A DNA stretch of 64,000 bases from assembly GCA_021780905.1 (NCBI GenBank), contig JAJXXW010000028.1:45358-109357 (forward strand), read 5' to 3'. Below the pieces are notes generated by a model. The model saw only the letters and a list, made by a program, of their open reading frames with translations, was not told the origin of the DNA and did no database searches. Both the position numbers and the translations under genes were made by a program. This stretch comes from a bacterium. GTDB lineage: Bacteria > Verrucomicrobiota > Verrucomicrobiia > Limisphaerales > UBA11358. Positions 10,934-21,836 of this stretch are shown piece by piece; position 1 is the stretch's first letter; every line of letters begins with the position of its first letter.

Positions 10934-10980
10934 CAAAACATTTTCGCCGGCCCCGCCCCGCAAACAAGCGCAAAATGGAA

Positions 10981-13911
10981 TCACGGCACGCTCGGGCGGG
11001 ACGTGCAGGGCTGCGAGGCGATCGTCGCCGTCGCGGCGGTCAGACCGTCCGCACTCGCGTTCAGTTTGATTTCGCCGGCATCCTTGGTGGATTGCACGAT
11101 GATTTGCGCCAGGCCGTTGAACAAGCTGCGCGAACACAGCGGCGCAACCGGCCGGCCGATAATTTCCACGTTCACGTCCGGACTCAGGCCGCCATCACCC
11201 TCGTCATTTTTCACCCCCACCGCGATAACATTGTCGCCGGCATGCAGCGTCTGTTTGAGGTCAAATACCGGCGCGGCTTGCCAGTTGTGCGATTCGCCGA
11301 TCCGCTCGTTGTTCACGAAGACCCAGCCGTGATCGTCAATCGAGCCAAACCGGATTTGCGCGCCGGGGTTGTTCAGGTCTTGCGCCGTCAACGGGAGATG
11401 CGCGCGGAAAACAGCCGTCTCGCCTGGCTGCAAAACCATGCCGCGCTTGGTGTCGCCTTGGGATTTGATGGTGTTCCACGCCGAGTCGTCGAACTCCGGC
11501 GCGTATTCCGGCGCCAACGCGCCCTTCGCGGGCAGCTTGGCGAGTTGCCAGCGCCAGGCGTTCACCGGCAACGTTTTCTCCGCCGGCAGCGCGACGAACG
11601 TGTCCGGTTCGTGGCAGCTTGGGTCGCCGTTGCCGACGCCGATAATTTTCCCCGCGCCTCCGATGACAAAATTGATTTTATTCTGCGCCACCGGCACCAC
11701 ACGGCCCTGCGCGTCCCGCACGGCCACGGTGAATATGCTGACGTCCGTGCCGTCGGCGTTGATTGTCTTACGGTCTGGCGTGAGCTGGATTTGTGTCGCC
11801 GAGCCGGTCGTCTCGACTTGCGTCTCGGCGATGACATTGCCGGCGGCGTCAAACCCTTTCGCGCTCAACGTGCCCGGCGCGTAGGTCACTTTCCACGTCA
11901 GCTTGGAATTCGGCTTCATGTCCTGTTTGCCAAGCGATGCGCCGTTCAGAAAGAGTTCCACGGATTTGCAGTTGCTCAACGCGTCCACGCGGATTTCCTG
12001 GCCTTCCTTGCCGGGCCAGTTCCAGTGCGGCAGCAGATGCAAAACAATGTTGGTCGTCCACCAGGATTGGTAGTAATAAAAATTGTCCTTGGGGAAACCG
12101 CACATGTCGAGCACGCCGAAATGCGAGCTGATGCACGGCCACGAATACGGCGTCGGCTCGCCGCGATAATCAAAGCCCGTCCAGATAAACCCGCCGCTCA
12201 ACCACGGGCGGTCCGCGAAAAACTTCCACCAGCGCTCCGCCGTCTGCGTGCCGCGATCATCATAGGCGCGGACGTAGCCGCGCTGGGCGTCATCCTGGTA
12301 AATGCCGCGGGTGCAAACGGTGCTGGCCTGTTCCGTGCCGACGTTTGGCTGGTCGGGATGCTGGGCGTGATACTTATCCATGTCCGGGCCGGGATAATAA
12401 TTCCAGCCGCGCACCTCGATGACGGAGTTGACGCCCTTGAAAACATCGCCTTCCGGCGCAGCATAAGTTACCGGCCGCGTCGGGTCGAGCTGCTTGGCCA
12501 GGTTTTGCATGGAGCACGCGACGTTGGCGGCCTGCGGCGTGTCTTGCACGGTAAACTCCTCGTTGCCGATGCTCCAGAGGGCGACGCTCGGATGATTGCG
12601 GTCGCGGCGGATCTGGTCGTCCCACTTTTTAAGATTTTCCGAATCGCTGCCGAGCAAGCGGCTCTCGTCCATGACGATCATGCCGAGTCGGTCACAGGCG
12701 TCGAGCAATTCCGGCGTGGGCGGATTGTGCGAGGTGCGGATGGCGTTGCAGCCAAATTCCTTCAACTTTTTCACGCGGAAATCCTGCAACGCATCTGGCA
12801 GCGCCGCGCCGACACCGGCCATGTCCTGATGATTGCACGTGCCGTAAAGTTCGTAAGGCTGGCCGTTCAGAAGAAAGCCTTTGTCCTTGTCAAAAGCGAA
12901 CGTGCGGATGCCGAACTCGGTTTCAACGCGGTCAACGACACTGTTGCTGATAATAACTGTCGTGATGAGCTTGTAGAGTTTTGGTGTTTCGGGAGACCAA
13001 AGTTCAGGAACAGGAACTTCAAGGAAATCCCTCACCATATGGCCGCCAAATTTATCTCGTCGGGTATACGTCTCAATCCAAGATTGAAGACTTTCATATT
13101 TATCTTTTTTTTCAAAAATAATTTCACCTTTTGGACCAAGGATTTTTTGCGCCAGAAGAACCAGAACATCGTTTGTCAAATAATTCAACAAGTTAATATC
13201 TGTTTGTATTAACGCAGTGCTTTGTTCCTTAGTGGTTGTCGAACCAACGACTCCATGATCGAAATAGGAGCTTACAAACACCCCGTCCGGCGCGATGGCT
13301 ACCGGCGCGGTTTTGTCCAGCCAGACATGGCGGTAGATGCCCGCGCCCTCGTAAAACCAGCCCTCGAACTTGCTTGCGTCCACGCGCACGGCAATCACGT
13401 TCTGGCCGCCGAACTTCACCACGTCCGTAATGTCTTCGCGAAATGGATAGTAGCCGCCCTCATGCCGCTTCACGAGCCAGCCGTTCACCCACACCGTCGC
13501 GTCGTGCATCACGCCGTCGAACGTCAGCCAGATGCGCCGGCCGGCATCCTCCGCCGGTAAATCAAACTTCCGACGATACCAACCGAGACTATTCGTCGGA
13601 AAGCCCGGCCCGACCGGCTTAAAGCCGTGGTTCCGGTCGGCGCTGGCGTCAAACGGCAGTTCAACCGCCCAGTCGTGCGGCAGGTCGAGGGTGCGCCAGG
13701 CGGTGTCGTTGAAATTTTCCGCCGCCGGCCCGCCGCTCTTGCCGGCTTTTTCGAGATTCAGCGCATTCGGCCAGTCGTCACCGAGGTGAAATTTCCAGTT
13801 CGCGTCGAGCGAAAGATGTTCGCGGGGCGAAGCGGCGGCGGCGGCGCGCAGGCTGGGATGAAAGGCGGCGACGGACCACACAAGCCAGCCAAGGACGCAG
13901 GCGGATTTCAT
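10981..13911 (-). CDS. Glycoside hydrolase family 2 (beta-galactosidase GalA-like)
   Basis: [54 protein letters not shown]; signal peptide from MKSACVLG. Confidence 0.93.
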   Translation of the reverse strand: MKSACVLGWLVWSVAAFHPSLRAAAAASPREHLSLDANWKFHLGDDWPNALNLEKAGKSGGPAAENFNDTAWRTLDLPHDWAVELPFDASADRNHGFKPVGPGFPTNSLGWYRRKFDLPAEDAGRRIWLTFDGVMHDATVWVNGWLVKRHEGGYYPFREDITDVVKFGGQNVIAVRVDASKFEGWFYEGAGIYRHVWLDKTAPVAIAPDGVFVSSYFDHGVVGSTTTKEQSTALIQTDINLLNYLTNDVLVLLAQKILGPKGEIIFEKKDKYESLQSWIETYTRRDKFGGHMVRDFLEVPVPELWSPETPKLYKLITTVIISNSVVDRVETEFGIRTFAFDKDKGFLLNGQPYELYGTCNHQDMAGVGAALPDALQDFRVKKLKEFGCNAIRTSHNPPTPELLDACDRLGMIVMDESRLLGSDSENLKKWDDQIRRDRNHPSVALWSIGNEEFTVQDTPQAANVACSMQNLAKQLDPTRPVTYAAPEGDVFKGVNSVIEVRGWNYYPGPDMDKYHAQHPDQPNVGTEQASTVCTRGIYQDDAQRGYVRAYDDRGTQTAERWWKFFADRPWLSGGFIWTGFDYRGEPTPYSWPCISSHFGVLDMCGFPKDNFYYYQSWWTTNIVLHLLPHWNWPGKEGQEIRVDALSNCKSVELFLNGASLGKQDMKPNSKLTWKVTYAPGTLSAKGFDAAGNVIAETQVETTGSATQIQLTPDRKTINADGTDVSIFTVAVRDAQGRVVPVAQNKINFVIGGAGKIIGVGNGDPSCHEPDTFVALPAEKTLPVNAWRWQLAKLPAKGALAPEYAPEFDDSAWNTIKSQGDTKRGMVLQPGETAVFRAHLPLTAQDLNNPGAQIRFGSIDDHGWVFVNNERIGESHNWQAAPVFDLKQTLHAGDNVIAVGVKNDEGDGGLSPDVNVEIIGRPVAPLCSRSLFNGLAQIIVQSTKDAGEIKLNASADGLTAATATIASQPCTSRPSVP

Positions 13912-14010
13912 GCGGACAATTTGGGCACCCGTGCGGCGCGTGGCAATTTTATTCCCCAATCTTTCAGCGCGGCGGCAGGCTGCCGGCAGAGTGGCCGGAT
14001 GAAATGGCCG

Positions 14011-15582
14011 CTATTTCCAATAGTTCCAGTTCGCGTCGGGGAAAAGATTGTCGCGCGCCTCGATTTCGCGGAGCCATTTCGCGTCCACCTTCGTCCGCGT
14101 GAGCTGCTCGTGCAGCGCAATGAACCGGAGCAGATGATCCTTCACGCGGCGGCGCGCGTAGTCGGGACTGGTGCCGGCGCGCAGGATGAACGGCCAGTCG
14201 CTCGCCTGCGCGAGCAGGAGTTCGCGCGCGGCCTGCTTGAGCGCGCGCGCCTTGAGGCCGGTGGCGGCGGGAAACTTGTTCGCCAGCTCGGTCATCCGCT
14301 CCTGCGCGATTTGCAGATGCGGATAAATCCACTCGTTGGTCTCGTTGAGCCACACGCGCCAGTAGCCTTCCTCGCCCCAGCTCGACGCGCCGGGCGTGGC
14401 GACCTGGTTGGTCGGATGGCGCTGCAAGTATTCGCCGGGGGTGATGAGGGAAATGTCCTTCTGCTCGTGGCACAGTTTCCGCGCGAGAAAATCCAAGAAC
14501 TCCGGCCCTTCATACCACCAGTGCCCGAACAGCTCCGCGTCATACGGCGCGACGATGATGGGCGGCCGGTCGAGCAGCGGCGCAATCTGTTTCGCCTGCG
14601 CCACCCGTTCGTCAAGAAAATGCCGCGCGTGTTCGCTGGCCGCCGCAAGCGCGTGGTCGCGCTCATAGACCTGCTTCTCGCCGGTGCCGGTGATGCGGTA
14701 GTATTTGATGCCGGTGAAGCCGCGATTGTCCGGCGACGGCAGATGCGGCTTCACATAATCAAAATCGAGATCGAAGCCGATGTCGCGGTAGAAGTCGCGG
14801 TAGCGCGGGTCGCCGGGATAACCCTCGTGCTGGCTCCAGACCTGCCGCGAGGAATCGTAGTCGCGCCCGAACGCGGCGACGCCATTCGGCGTGAAGATGG
14901 GCGCGAACGTGCCGAAGCGCGGACGCGGCTTGGCGTGCAAAATGCCGTGCGTGTCGAGGATGAACCAGCGGATGTTCGCCTCCTGCAAAAACTTTTCGAC
15001 GCCCTCGGCGTAGGCGCATTCCGGCAGCCAGATGCCGCGCGGTTCGCGTCCGAAACAACTTTGGTAGTGGTCGCGCGCGGTGAGGATTTGCCCGCGAATG
15101 CTCGGCGCATGAGCGGACATGAGCGGCAATAATCCGTGCGTCGCGGCGGTGGTGATAATTTCAAGCTGACCCTCGTCCTGAAACTGGCGGAAGGCGGAAA
15201 TCAGATTTCCATCGTAATGACGCCATGTTTCGCGCGCCTGGCAGAATTTATGGTGATACATCCACGCGAGGTCGCGATAGGCGCGATCCCAGTGTGTGCG
15301 ATGAATTTCCTTTTCCGCCAAATCAATCAAGCCGTCGAGATGTTTGGCGTAGCGGTCGCGCAGCAGCGGGTCGAGCAGCATCGCGCACAGCGTGGGCGAA
15401 AGCGAGAGCGTGAAACGCGCGGGCGATTGGTCGCGCCGCCAGCTTTGAATGACCTGAATGAGCGGCAGGTAGGTTTCGGTGACGGCCTCGAACAGCCAGC
15501 TTTCTTCCAGAAATTTTTGATGTTCCGGGTGCCGCACAAACGGCAGGTGTGCGTGGAGGACGATGGAAAGGTAGCCGGACAT
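14011..15582 (-). CDS. GH57 1,4-alpha-glucan branching enzyme (DUF1957)
   Basis: LHAHLPFVRH, ETYLP, GIWLPEC, YDAELFGHWWYEG, ARELLLAQASDW. Confidence 0.93.
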   Translation of the reverse strand: MSGYLSIVLHAHLPFVRHPEHQKFLEESWLFEAVTETYLPLIQVIQSWRRDQSPARFTLSLSPTLCAMLLDPLLRDRYAKHLDGLIDLAEKEIHRTHWDRAYRDLAWMYHHKFCQARETWRHYDGNLISAFRQFQDEGQLEIITTAATHGLLPLMSAHAPSIRGQILTARDHYQSCFGREPRGIWLPECAYAEGVEKFLQEANIRWFILDTHGILHAKPRPRFGTFAPIFTPNGVAAFGRDYDSSRQVWSQHEGYPGDPRYRDFYRDIGFDLDFDYVKPHLPSPDNRGFTGIKYYRITGTGEKQVYERDHALAAASEHARHFLDERVAQAKQIAPLLDRPPIIVAPYDAELFGHWWYEGPEFLDFLARKLCHEQKDISLITPGEYLQRHPTNQVATPGASSWGEEGYWRVWLNETNEWIYPHLQIAQERMTELANKFPAATGLKARALKQAARELLLAQASDWPFILRAGTSPDYARRRVKDHLLRFIALHEQLTRTKVDAKWLREIEARDNLFPDANWNYWK

Positions 15583-15589
15583 ATCCCTA

Positions 15590-16100
15590 TAAGACCGTCA
15601 GAATACTCGTTTTTGGGGAAAGTCGTGTAGATCGGGGTGGTGTGCTGGATAACGAGTGAACGAAAAGTGAAGAATGAATTGACATACGCTTGCGAATCCG
15701 GCGGCTCATTTTAAGCGCCGGTTCAGTTGGGGCGCGAAAATCGCCATCTGCGAAACCAGCCTCACGGATGCCCAATGGGCATGCCTCCAACCGATGCTTC
15801 CCAAACCCGCCGAACGCGGCCGTCCGCCCACTGACTTTCCCCCGTGGGTCAAAGGTCTCCGTCCCAAACTGGCGGTCGGGGTCACTCAACGCTCGGGCAC
15901 GACCACGGGCTTCAAAGTCTTGGCGTGCCGCTGGGGGGGAGGGCGCACCTCCGGCTGGTTGATGCCCCAGCGCCGACTCGTGCGCGATTACGAAACCACC
16001 GAGCCCGGCGCCGTGGCGTGGACCTATATCGCGATGCTCCGCATTCAACGCCGCCGACCGGCTTGATTCCTCAGCTTTCATGATATTTCAGACGCACTCT
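15590..16100 (+). mobile_element. Internally deleted IS5-family relic
   Basis: N-terminal SLTDAQW..LQPMLPKPAERGRPP joined to C-terminal GFKVLACRW..RTSGWL..RRLVRDYET..AWTYIAMLRI. Degenerate ends AAGACCGTCAGAATA and TATTTCAGACGCACTCT. Confidence 0.75.
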
Positions 16101-16122
16101 CAAACTCCAGGGCCTTCACGCC

Positions 16123-19100
16123 TCAAGACACCAACTTCTCGGACGAACCATCTTCCGCGAACAAATACTCCAAATCCATCGCCGTGAGGCTGCGGGCGAA
16201 ACCTTCCTCGCCGAGCACGTCGGCGATCGTCTTGGCCTTGGCCTGCTGGAGTTCCCAGATTTTTTCCTCCACCGTGCCGGGCGCGATGAGCCGGTAGGCG
16301 TTCACGGTCTGCGTTTGGCCGATGCGGTGCGAGCGGTCAATCGCCTGCGCCTCCACGGCGGGATTCCACCACGGATCGTAGAGCACCACATAGCTGGCAT
16401 TAGTCAAATTCAATCCGGTTCCCGCCGCGCGCAAACTCAACAGGAATACGCCCGCGCCGTTGTCGGCTTGAAAAGCATTGACGACCGACTGCCGGTCCTT
16501 CGTCTGACCGGTGAGCATGTGGGTCGGAATATTTCGCGCCTGACATTCCTTTTCGAGAATCTGCAGCATCTGTACGAACTGCGAAAACACCAAAACCTTT
16601 TGTCCGTCGGCCACCAGCGGGTCGAGCAGTTCAAACAGCGTGTCGGTCTTGCCGCTGGCGGTGTCATTGCCAACGAGCGACGGATGACAGCATACCTGCC
16701 GCAACCGCGTGAGCGCGGCGAGCACGTGCATTTTGCTTTTGTTGAGGCCCTGTTCGGCGACGGCGGTCTGGATCTGTTCGCGGCTGCGGCGCAGTTCGGC
16801 GAGATACAATTTCCGCTGCTCGTCGCCGAGCGGACAATCGCGGCGTTCCTCGATGCGGTCGGGCAGATCCTTCGCGACGTGTTTTTTCAGCCGGCGCAGC
16901 AGCAGCGGCCGGAGCTTGGCGGAAAGCCGTTTGCGGGCGATGCGCTGTTCGCTTTCAGCGTTTTCGCCGCGCGGCTCGTAGGCTTCCAAAAATTGCTCCT
17001 GATTGCCGAGGTAGCCGGGCTGGATGAAATCCACGATGCTCCACAAATCCAGCAGCCGGTTTTCCAGCGGCGTGCCGGTGAGCGCGATTTTGTGCTCGCA
17101 CTTCAACTGCTTCACCGACTGCGTGACCTGCGCACCGGGATTCTTGATGAACTGCGCTTCGTCCAAGATGACCGCCCGGAATGCGAATTTGTGAAACTCC
17201 TCCAGATCGCGCCGCAACAGCGCGTAGTTGGTGACGATAAGGTCGTGCTCCGGAATCTGCCGGCGCAAATTGTGCCGGGCGGCGCCGCTTTCGAGCACGA
17301 GCACCTCCATGTCCGGCGTGAATTTCTCCGCCTCGCGCCGCCAGTTGTGCAGCACCGACGCGGGACAAATCACCAGCGACGGCTTGGGATTTTTTTTGTT
17401 CTGCTCCTTGAGCCACGCCAGCCACGTCAAGGTCTGGAGCGTTTTGCCGAGGCCCATGTCGTCGGCCAGAATGCCGCCGAGTTTCACCCGCACCAGATGC
17501 GCGAGGAAATCAAAGCCGTCTTTCTGATAGGGCCGCAGTTCGGCGTTGAGTGATTTTGGCAATTCGGCGGACGGCACACCCTTGAAATCCTTGACCCGCT
17601 CGCGCAGCGCCAGCGCTTCCGGCGAATCCACAAAGCGCCCCAGTTCTTCCTCGTCCAGATGCGCGACGTGTTCAAGACCAACTTTTTGCGGCACGGCAAT
17701 GAGACCCTCCACGCCCATGTCGGCCATCACCTCGTGCGCGCCCTGCACGGCGGCGGTGTCGAGTTCCACCCAGCCGGAGTTCGGCAGCTTGACAAAGCGA
17801 CCGGTCGCGGCCGCGAGCCGTTCGAGGTCGGCTTTGGAAAGTTTCATGCCTTCCGCCTCCCACTCGGCGGAGACGGCGAGCCAGTCAATGCCGCTGCCCT
17901 TGACGACGAGGCGCGGCGTGAGCCGGTGCGGCGTGAGGAACAACCGGTGAAACGCCGCGTTGCCGAGAAATTCAGCCGCCGCCGGCCGCGTGGCCCACGC
18001 CTCGGCGAGCGCGCCGAGGAAATTTTCATTCGCCTCGCCGATCCACAGGCCCGGTTCCTGCATGAACCAGTCGAGCTTGCGCAGCCATTGCACGGTGGGT
18101 TCGAGGCGCGGATCGTCAAGAATCTCCGGCTTCTCGCCGCGTGGCGACGACGCCCTCGTCGCAAATTGGGCCGGCGACGAGACGTCGCCGCCACGAATCC
18201 ATTCGTGGCCGTTCCAGAACCAGGTGCTCTGGTCGCGCGCGCTCTTTGCCAGCAAGCGCAGGCGAACCGTGTCGTCGAGTAATTCAAAGACAAACTGCGG
18301 CGCGGCCGGATGCGCGACGCACAACTGTTCCCAGTCCACGCCGTGATTCGCCTGCGACTTGCGCAGGTGCAGCAGCAGCCGGTGGCCCAACTTGCGCACC
18401 GGCACGGATGGTTTCTGCGCGAGATATTTCAGCACGCCGGCGGGCGGGGCGTTGCGCAGCAGGAAAAATTCATTGCCCACGAGAGCCACGGGCGACTGGC
18501 GGTTGAAAAACTTCGCGTCCGCAACGGAATGATGGCTGCCGTCCGGCAGCAAAATGCGGTGGGTGAAGGACAGCTCCTTGTCGCCATTCTCCAGATGCGG
18601 TGTCAGCGCGATGATGTGGCCGTGGAAAAAAATGGGCCGGCCGTTGGCGGCCGATTCCAGCCGGTTCGTGTGGCCCCAGCGCGCGAGCCACTGGAGCAGT
18701 TCCGCGTCGGACAACAGCAGCGTGGTGGCATGGCCGGCGCGTTCGCGGTGCGTGTCGTAGATCCACTGGACGAATTCCCAGTCCCACGGCGTGAACAATT
18801 CCTGCTCATGCGCGGCGCGGACAACCAGGTCCACGAGGTCGTGCAGCGAACGCGCCTTCTCGCCGGTGCGCGGGCGGAGCAGAAGAAACTGCACGGCCAG
18901 CCGGAAGCGCGACGGTTCCGGTTCGTCCGGCTGCGGCTTGCAGACGACGCGCAACGTGGCGCGCGGCGTGTCGAGATGCAGCGGCGCGGGCGGCGAGAGC
19001 CAGTTTTCCAGCTCCTTCACCAGCCGAATTTCCTGCTCGGCTTCCTCGGCCCGGGCGAAACGGTCGGGGCTGGCGTGCGCCGACAATTCCGGCGGCACGG

Positions 19101-19470
19101 ACCGCTTGGCGCGCAGAAACAAAAACGCCAGTTCCTCCAGCCGCGCCTTGCCGGTGGCGGCGAGCATTTTCGGCCACCAGTCGGTCGCGGGGAAATCGCG
19201 GCGCGAGAGCGAAAGCTTTTCAAAATAATCCTCCAGCGCCAGCCACGCACGCTGGGAATCCGGACAGGTGGCGAAGCTCTTCAGGAGGTCCTCGCGCCCG
19301 TTGACCGTGGTCGTCGAGTCGGACAATTCGCGGCGCAGGTCGGCGAACGCGCCGTAAGTCTGCGACAAAACCTTGTGGTGCGCGTCGTATTTGTTCGCGC
19401 CCGTGCGCGGCGTCCCGTTCCCGTTTCTGATTGGCGTTCTCGGCATCTGGGCAAAATTACTATGTTCCAT
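16123..19470 (-). CDS. SNF2-family (DEAD/DEAH) helicase
   Basis: LRPYQ, GILADDMGLGKT, DEAQ, LTGTPLEN, GTGLNLT, DPWWNPAVEAQAIDRSHRIGQ; start approximate. Confidence 0.93.
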   Translation of the reverse strand: MEHSNFAQMPRTPIRNGNGTPRTGANKYDAHHKVLSQTYGAFADLRRELSDSTTTVNGREDLLKSFATCPDSQRAWLALEDYFEKLSLSRRDFPATDWWPKMLAATGKARLEELAFLFLRAKRSVPPELSAHASPDRFARAEEAEQEIRLVKELENWLSPPAPLHLDTPRATLRVVCKPQPDEPEPSRFRLAVQFLLLRPRTGEKARSLHDLVDLVVRAAHEQELFTPWDWEFVQWIYDTHRERAGHATTLLLSDAELLQWLARWGHTNRLESAANGRPIFFHGHIIALTPHLENGDKELSFTHRILLPDGSHHSVADAKFFNRQSPVALVGNEFFLLRNAPPAGVLKYLAQKPSVPVRKLGHRLLLHLRKSQANHGVDWEQLCVAHPAAPQFVFELLDDTVRLRLLAKSARDQSTWFWNGHEWIRGGDVSSPAQFATRASSPRGEKPEILDDPRLEPTVQWLRKLDWFMQEPGLWIGEANENFLGALAEAWATRPAAAEFLGNAAFHRLFLTPHRLTPRLVVKGSGIDWLAVSAEWEAEGMKLSKADLERLAAATGRFVKLPNSGWVELDTAAVQGAHEVMADMGVEGLIAVPQKVGLEHVAHLDEEELGRFVDSPEALALRERVKDFKGVPSAELPKSLNAELRPYQKDGFDFLAHLVRVKLGGILADDMGLGKTLQTLTWLAWLKEQNKKNPKPSLVICPASVLHNWRREAEKFTPDMEVLVLESGAARHNLRRQIPEHDLIVTNYALLRRDLEEFHKFAFRAVILDEAQFIKNPGAQVTQSVKQLKCEHKIALTGTPLENRLLDLWSIVDFIQPGYLGNQEQFLEAYEPRGENAESEQRIARKRLSAKLRPLLLRRLKKHVAKDLPDRIEERRDCPLGDEQRKLYLAELRRSREQIQTAVAEQGLNKSKMHVLAALTRLRQVCCHPSLVGNDTASGKTDTLFELLDPLVADGQKVLVFSQFVQMLQILEKECQARNIPTHMLTGQTKDRQSVVNAFQADNGAGVFLLSLRAAGTGLNLTNASYVVLYDPWWNPAVEAQAIDRSHRIGQTQTVNAYRLIAPGTVEEKIWELQQAKAKTIADVLGEEGFARSLTAMDLEYLFAEDGSSEKLVS
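18140..18195. repeat. REP-like inverted doublet inside the SNF2 gene
   Basis: CGTGGCGACGACGCCCTCGTCGC (18140-18162) versus the reverse complement of 18174-18195, CGTGGCGGCGACGTCTCGTCGC. Confidence 0.8.
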
Positions 19471-19727
19471 CATTTCGACAGAACCCGCCTTGCCGGTCAA
19501 TCGCAAAGCGAAAGATTTTTGGGCGTGCAGTGGAACCGGGATTGACAAGGGCCGGAGAAATTCCCGCCGTTGCCGAAGGCGTGGCGATATTTAAACAAGC
19601 CGTTTCGCAACCGATGAAGGCGCGTCAACTTTCGCCAAACCCGCCTCGACATTCCTTAAATCCACATCGTCAGTCGTTAACTCCGTGTCAACTGGCGATA
19701 AATGACCGCCGACAAGTGTTTATTACG

Positions 19728-19915
19728 GGGCCTATCCGAGATTTTTGTGTGTGAGGCATACCCAGAAAGACAAAGTGCATTACGTCAGGTGCCAAGTTCT
19801 GGCTCCCAGTGATGACCGAGATCAAGAACCGGGGCGTGCAGGACACCCTGATCGCCGTGGTGGATGGCCTGAAGTCTTTCCTGGTGCCAGCAACGCGGTG
19901 TTCCCCAAAACCGGC
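19728..19915 (+). mobile_element. IS256-family relic (left end plus short internal fragment)
   Basis: End-like GGGCCTATCCGAGATTTTTGTGT, followed by KFWLPVMTEIKNRGVQDTLIAVVDGLK, typical of IS256 transposases. Confidence 0.75.
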
Positions 19916-19961
19916 CAGATTGACACCCTGCAATCAGCCACTACACTCCGCCAACAACATT

Positions 19962-21836
19962 ATGAAGAAACCGACCATCGTAATAACGACCTTGCTCACT
20001 GCCTTGCTGACGGTAGCGCCGGCGGCAACGAACCCCAAGCTAGAGCGCGGCAAGGATCTCATCGAGGTGCCAGCGATTGGCAACGGGCTGTGTCTGCACA
20101 ACTTGTTTCAGTCGGACATGGTGCTGCAGCGCGACAAACCGATTCGGATCTGGGGCTGGGCGGCACCGGGCGAGTCGGTGATGGTTTCCTTCGCCGGCCA
20201 GACGCAGACGGCGAAAGCCGCCGCTGACCGTTCGTGGCAAGTCACCTTTTCCGCCCTGCCCGCCAATGCCGCGCCGCAGGAGATGGTGGTCCAAGGCGGG
20301 AACCAGACGCTGACTCTGACGAATATCCTAGTCGGCGACGTCTGGGTGCTGGGCGGCCAGAGCAACATGGAGTTTCCCATCGCCAATGTGGATAACGGCG
20401 ATCTGGAAGTGGTCTCGGCAAATTTCCCGAACATCCGCCTGCTGACGATCCCGCAGCAAAACGGTCCTGACGCCAAGGTGTCGTTTCCGCGCTGGTATCG
20501 GTGGAGCGACTGGTCCGGCACCCACTTTCGCCAGGGCTACTGGGACGTCTGCTCGCCGGCGACCGTGCGCGAGATGTCGGCCATCGGTTACGTCTTCGCC
20601 CGGCGGCTGCACATGGCAACGCAGATTCCCATCGGCGTCATCAATGCGTCCCGGGGCGGAACCTGTATTGAGACGTGGATGCCTTTGGAGGTGCTCAAGT
20701 CCATCCATACGCCGGAGGTGAAAGCCAAACTTGCCGAATGGGACGAGAAAGTCGCCGAGTTTGATCCGCAAAAAGACCTGGAGGCGAGAATCAAAAAGTT
20801 CAATGAACGCACGGCGCAAATGAAGGAGAAAGGTGACGATGTCTCCGGGCGCACGCCGCCCGCCGACTTACAGCCCGGGCCGGCCCTCGATATGAACCGT
20901 CCCGGCAACTGCTACGCCAGCGAGATCGCGCCGATGGCCGGGCTGGCCGTCAAAGGCGCCATCTGGCATCAGGGCTACAACAACGCTTTGGAACCCAATG
21001 GCCACGTCATGTATTACCAGCTCTTCGCCCCGATGATCAAGGCCTGGCGGACGGCTTTCAACGATCCGAACATGGCTTTCGGCATCATCGCGCAGGAAAC
21101 CGACGGCGAGCCGCAGGACTTGGATAATTTTCTGTCCCGGACGGTGGATGAAGGGATTTATATCCGTGAAGTGCATTACCAGACGTTCTTGGACTTGCAG
21201 AAAGCCGGCGATAAAAACATCGGCTTTGCCAGCAGTTTTGACCAGCGCCGCAACTGGTATCATCCCCAGATCAAGATTCCGGTGGGCGAACGCATTGCCC
21301 GCTGGGCCTTGGCTACGCAATACGGGATGAAAATCCGGTGGCAGCCGCCGACCATCGAAGAGATGCAGGTCGAGAACGGCAAGCTCGTGCTGACGTTCGA
21401 TGAGGACGTCGCCCCCTACAATGACGGCCCGATTTTGGGCTTTGCCATCGCCGGCCAGGATGGGAAGTTTCAACCCGCCAACGCCGAGTTCCTAAGCAAA
21501 GGCAAGGACGGTCGCAACCGGACTAAATCTGACAAGCAGGTGATCATCCTTTCCAGTCCGCTGGTGCCGGTGCCGGTCCATTATCGCTATGGCTGGTGCC
21601 GGAATCCGTTGGCCAACCTGAAATCCACCGACCATACGGACATTCCACTGACACCCCAACGCAGTGATAGCTGGTCCATGGCCGACCAGTATGAAGCCTA
21701 CACCGGGAAAAAATGCGCCACGCCCGGCGTATTGAATGGCAAGGAAATTCGCGAACTGATCGCCGCGCTCCGCGCGGCCGACCAGGAACGACGCATCGCT
21801 GAAGCCCGGTCGTTGCTTGAGGAAAATAAGAAATAA
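19962..21836 (+). CDS. Sialate O-acetylesterase (SASA) family protein
   Basis: LFQSDMVLQRD, GDVWVLGGQSNME, GGTCIETW, GAIWHQG; signal peptide MKKPTIVI at 19962. Confidence 0.88.
   Translation: MKKPTIVITTLLTALLTVAPAATNPKLERGKDLIEVPAIGNGLCLHNLFQSDMVLQRDKPIRIWGWAAPGESVMVSFAGQTQTAKAAADRSWQVTFSALPANAAPQEMVVQGGNQTLTLTNILVGDVWVLGGQSNMEFPIANVDNGDLEVVSANFPNIRLLTIPQQNGPDAKVSFPRWYRWSDWSGTHFRQGYWDVCSPATVREMSAIGYVFARRLHMATQIPIGVINASRGGTCIETWMPLEVLKSIHTPEVKAKLAEWDEKVAEFDPQKDLEARIKKFNERTAQMKEKGDDVSGRTPPADLQPGPALDMNRPGNCYASEIAPMAGLAVKGAIWHQGYNNALEPNGHVMYYQLFAPMIKAWRTAFNDPNMAFGIIAQETDGEPQDLDNFLSRTVDEGIYIREVHYQTFLDLQKAGDKNIGFASSFDQRRNWYHPQIKIPVGERIARWALATQYGMKIRWQPPTIEEMQVENGKLVLTFDEDVAPYNDGPILGFAIAGQDGKFQPANAEFLSKGKDGRNRTKSDKQVIILSSPLVPVPVHYRYGWCRNPLANLKSTDHTDIPLTPQRSDSWSMADQYEAYTGKKCATPGVLNGKEIRELIAALRAADQERRIAEARSLLEENKK

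Noticed and set aside
12930-13275. DGR variable region or intein as the explanation for the AT-rich patch
   Set aside because: No template repeat or reverse transcriptase in the window, the shift is toward A/T rather than adenine-specific, and there are no intein terminal motifs.
9182-15132. Long plus-strand ORFs (716, 745 and 501 aa)
   Set aside because: Antisense shadows of the GH95, GH2 and GH57 genes caused by high GC3; no motifs.
19809-19961. N-terminal extension of the esterase ORF
   Set aside because: Derived from the IS256 fragment; the signal peptide starts at 19962.
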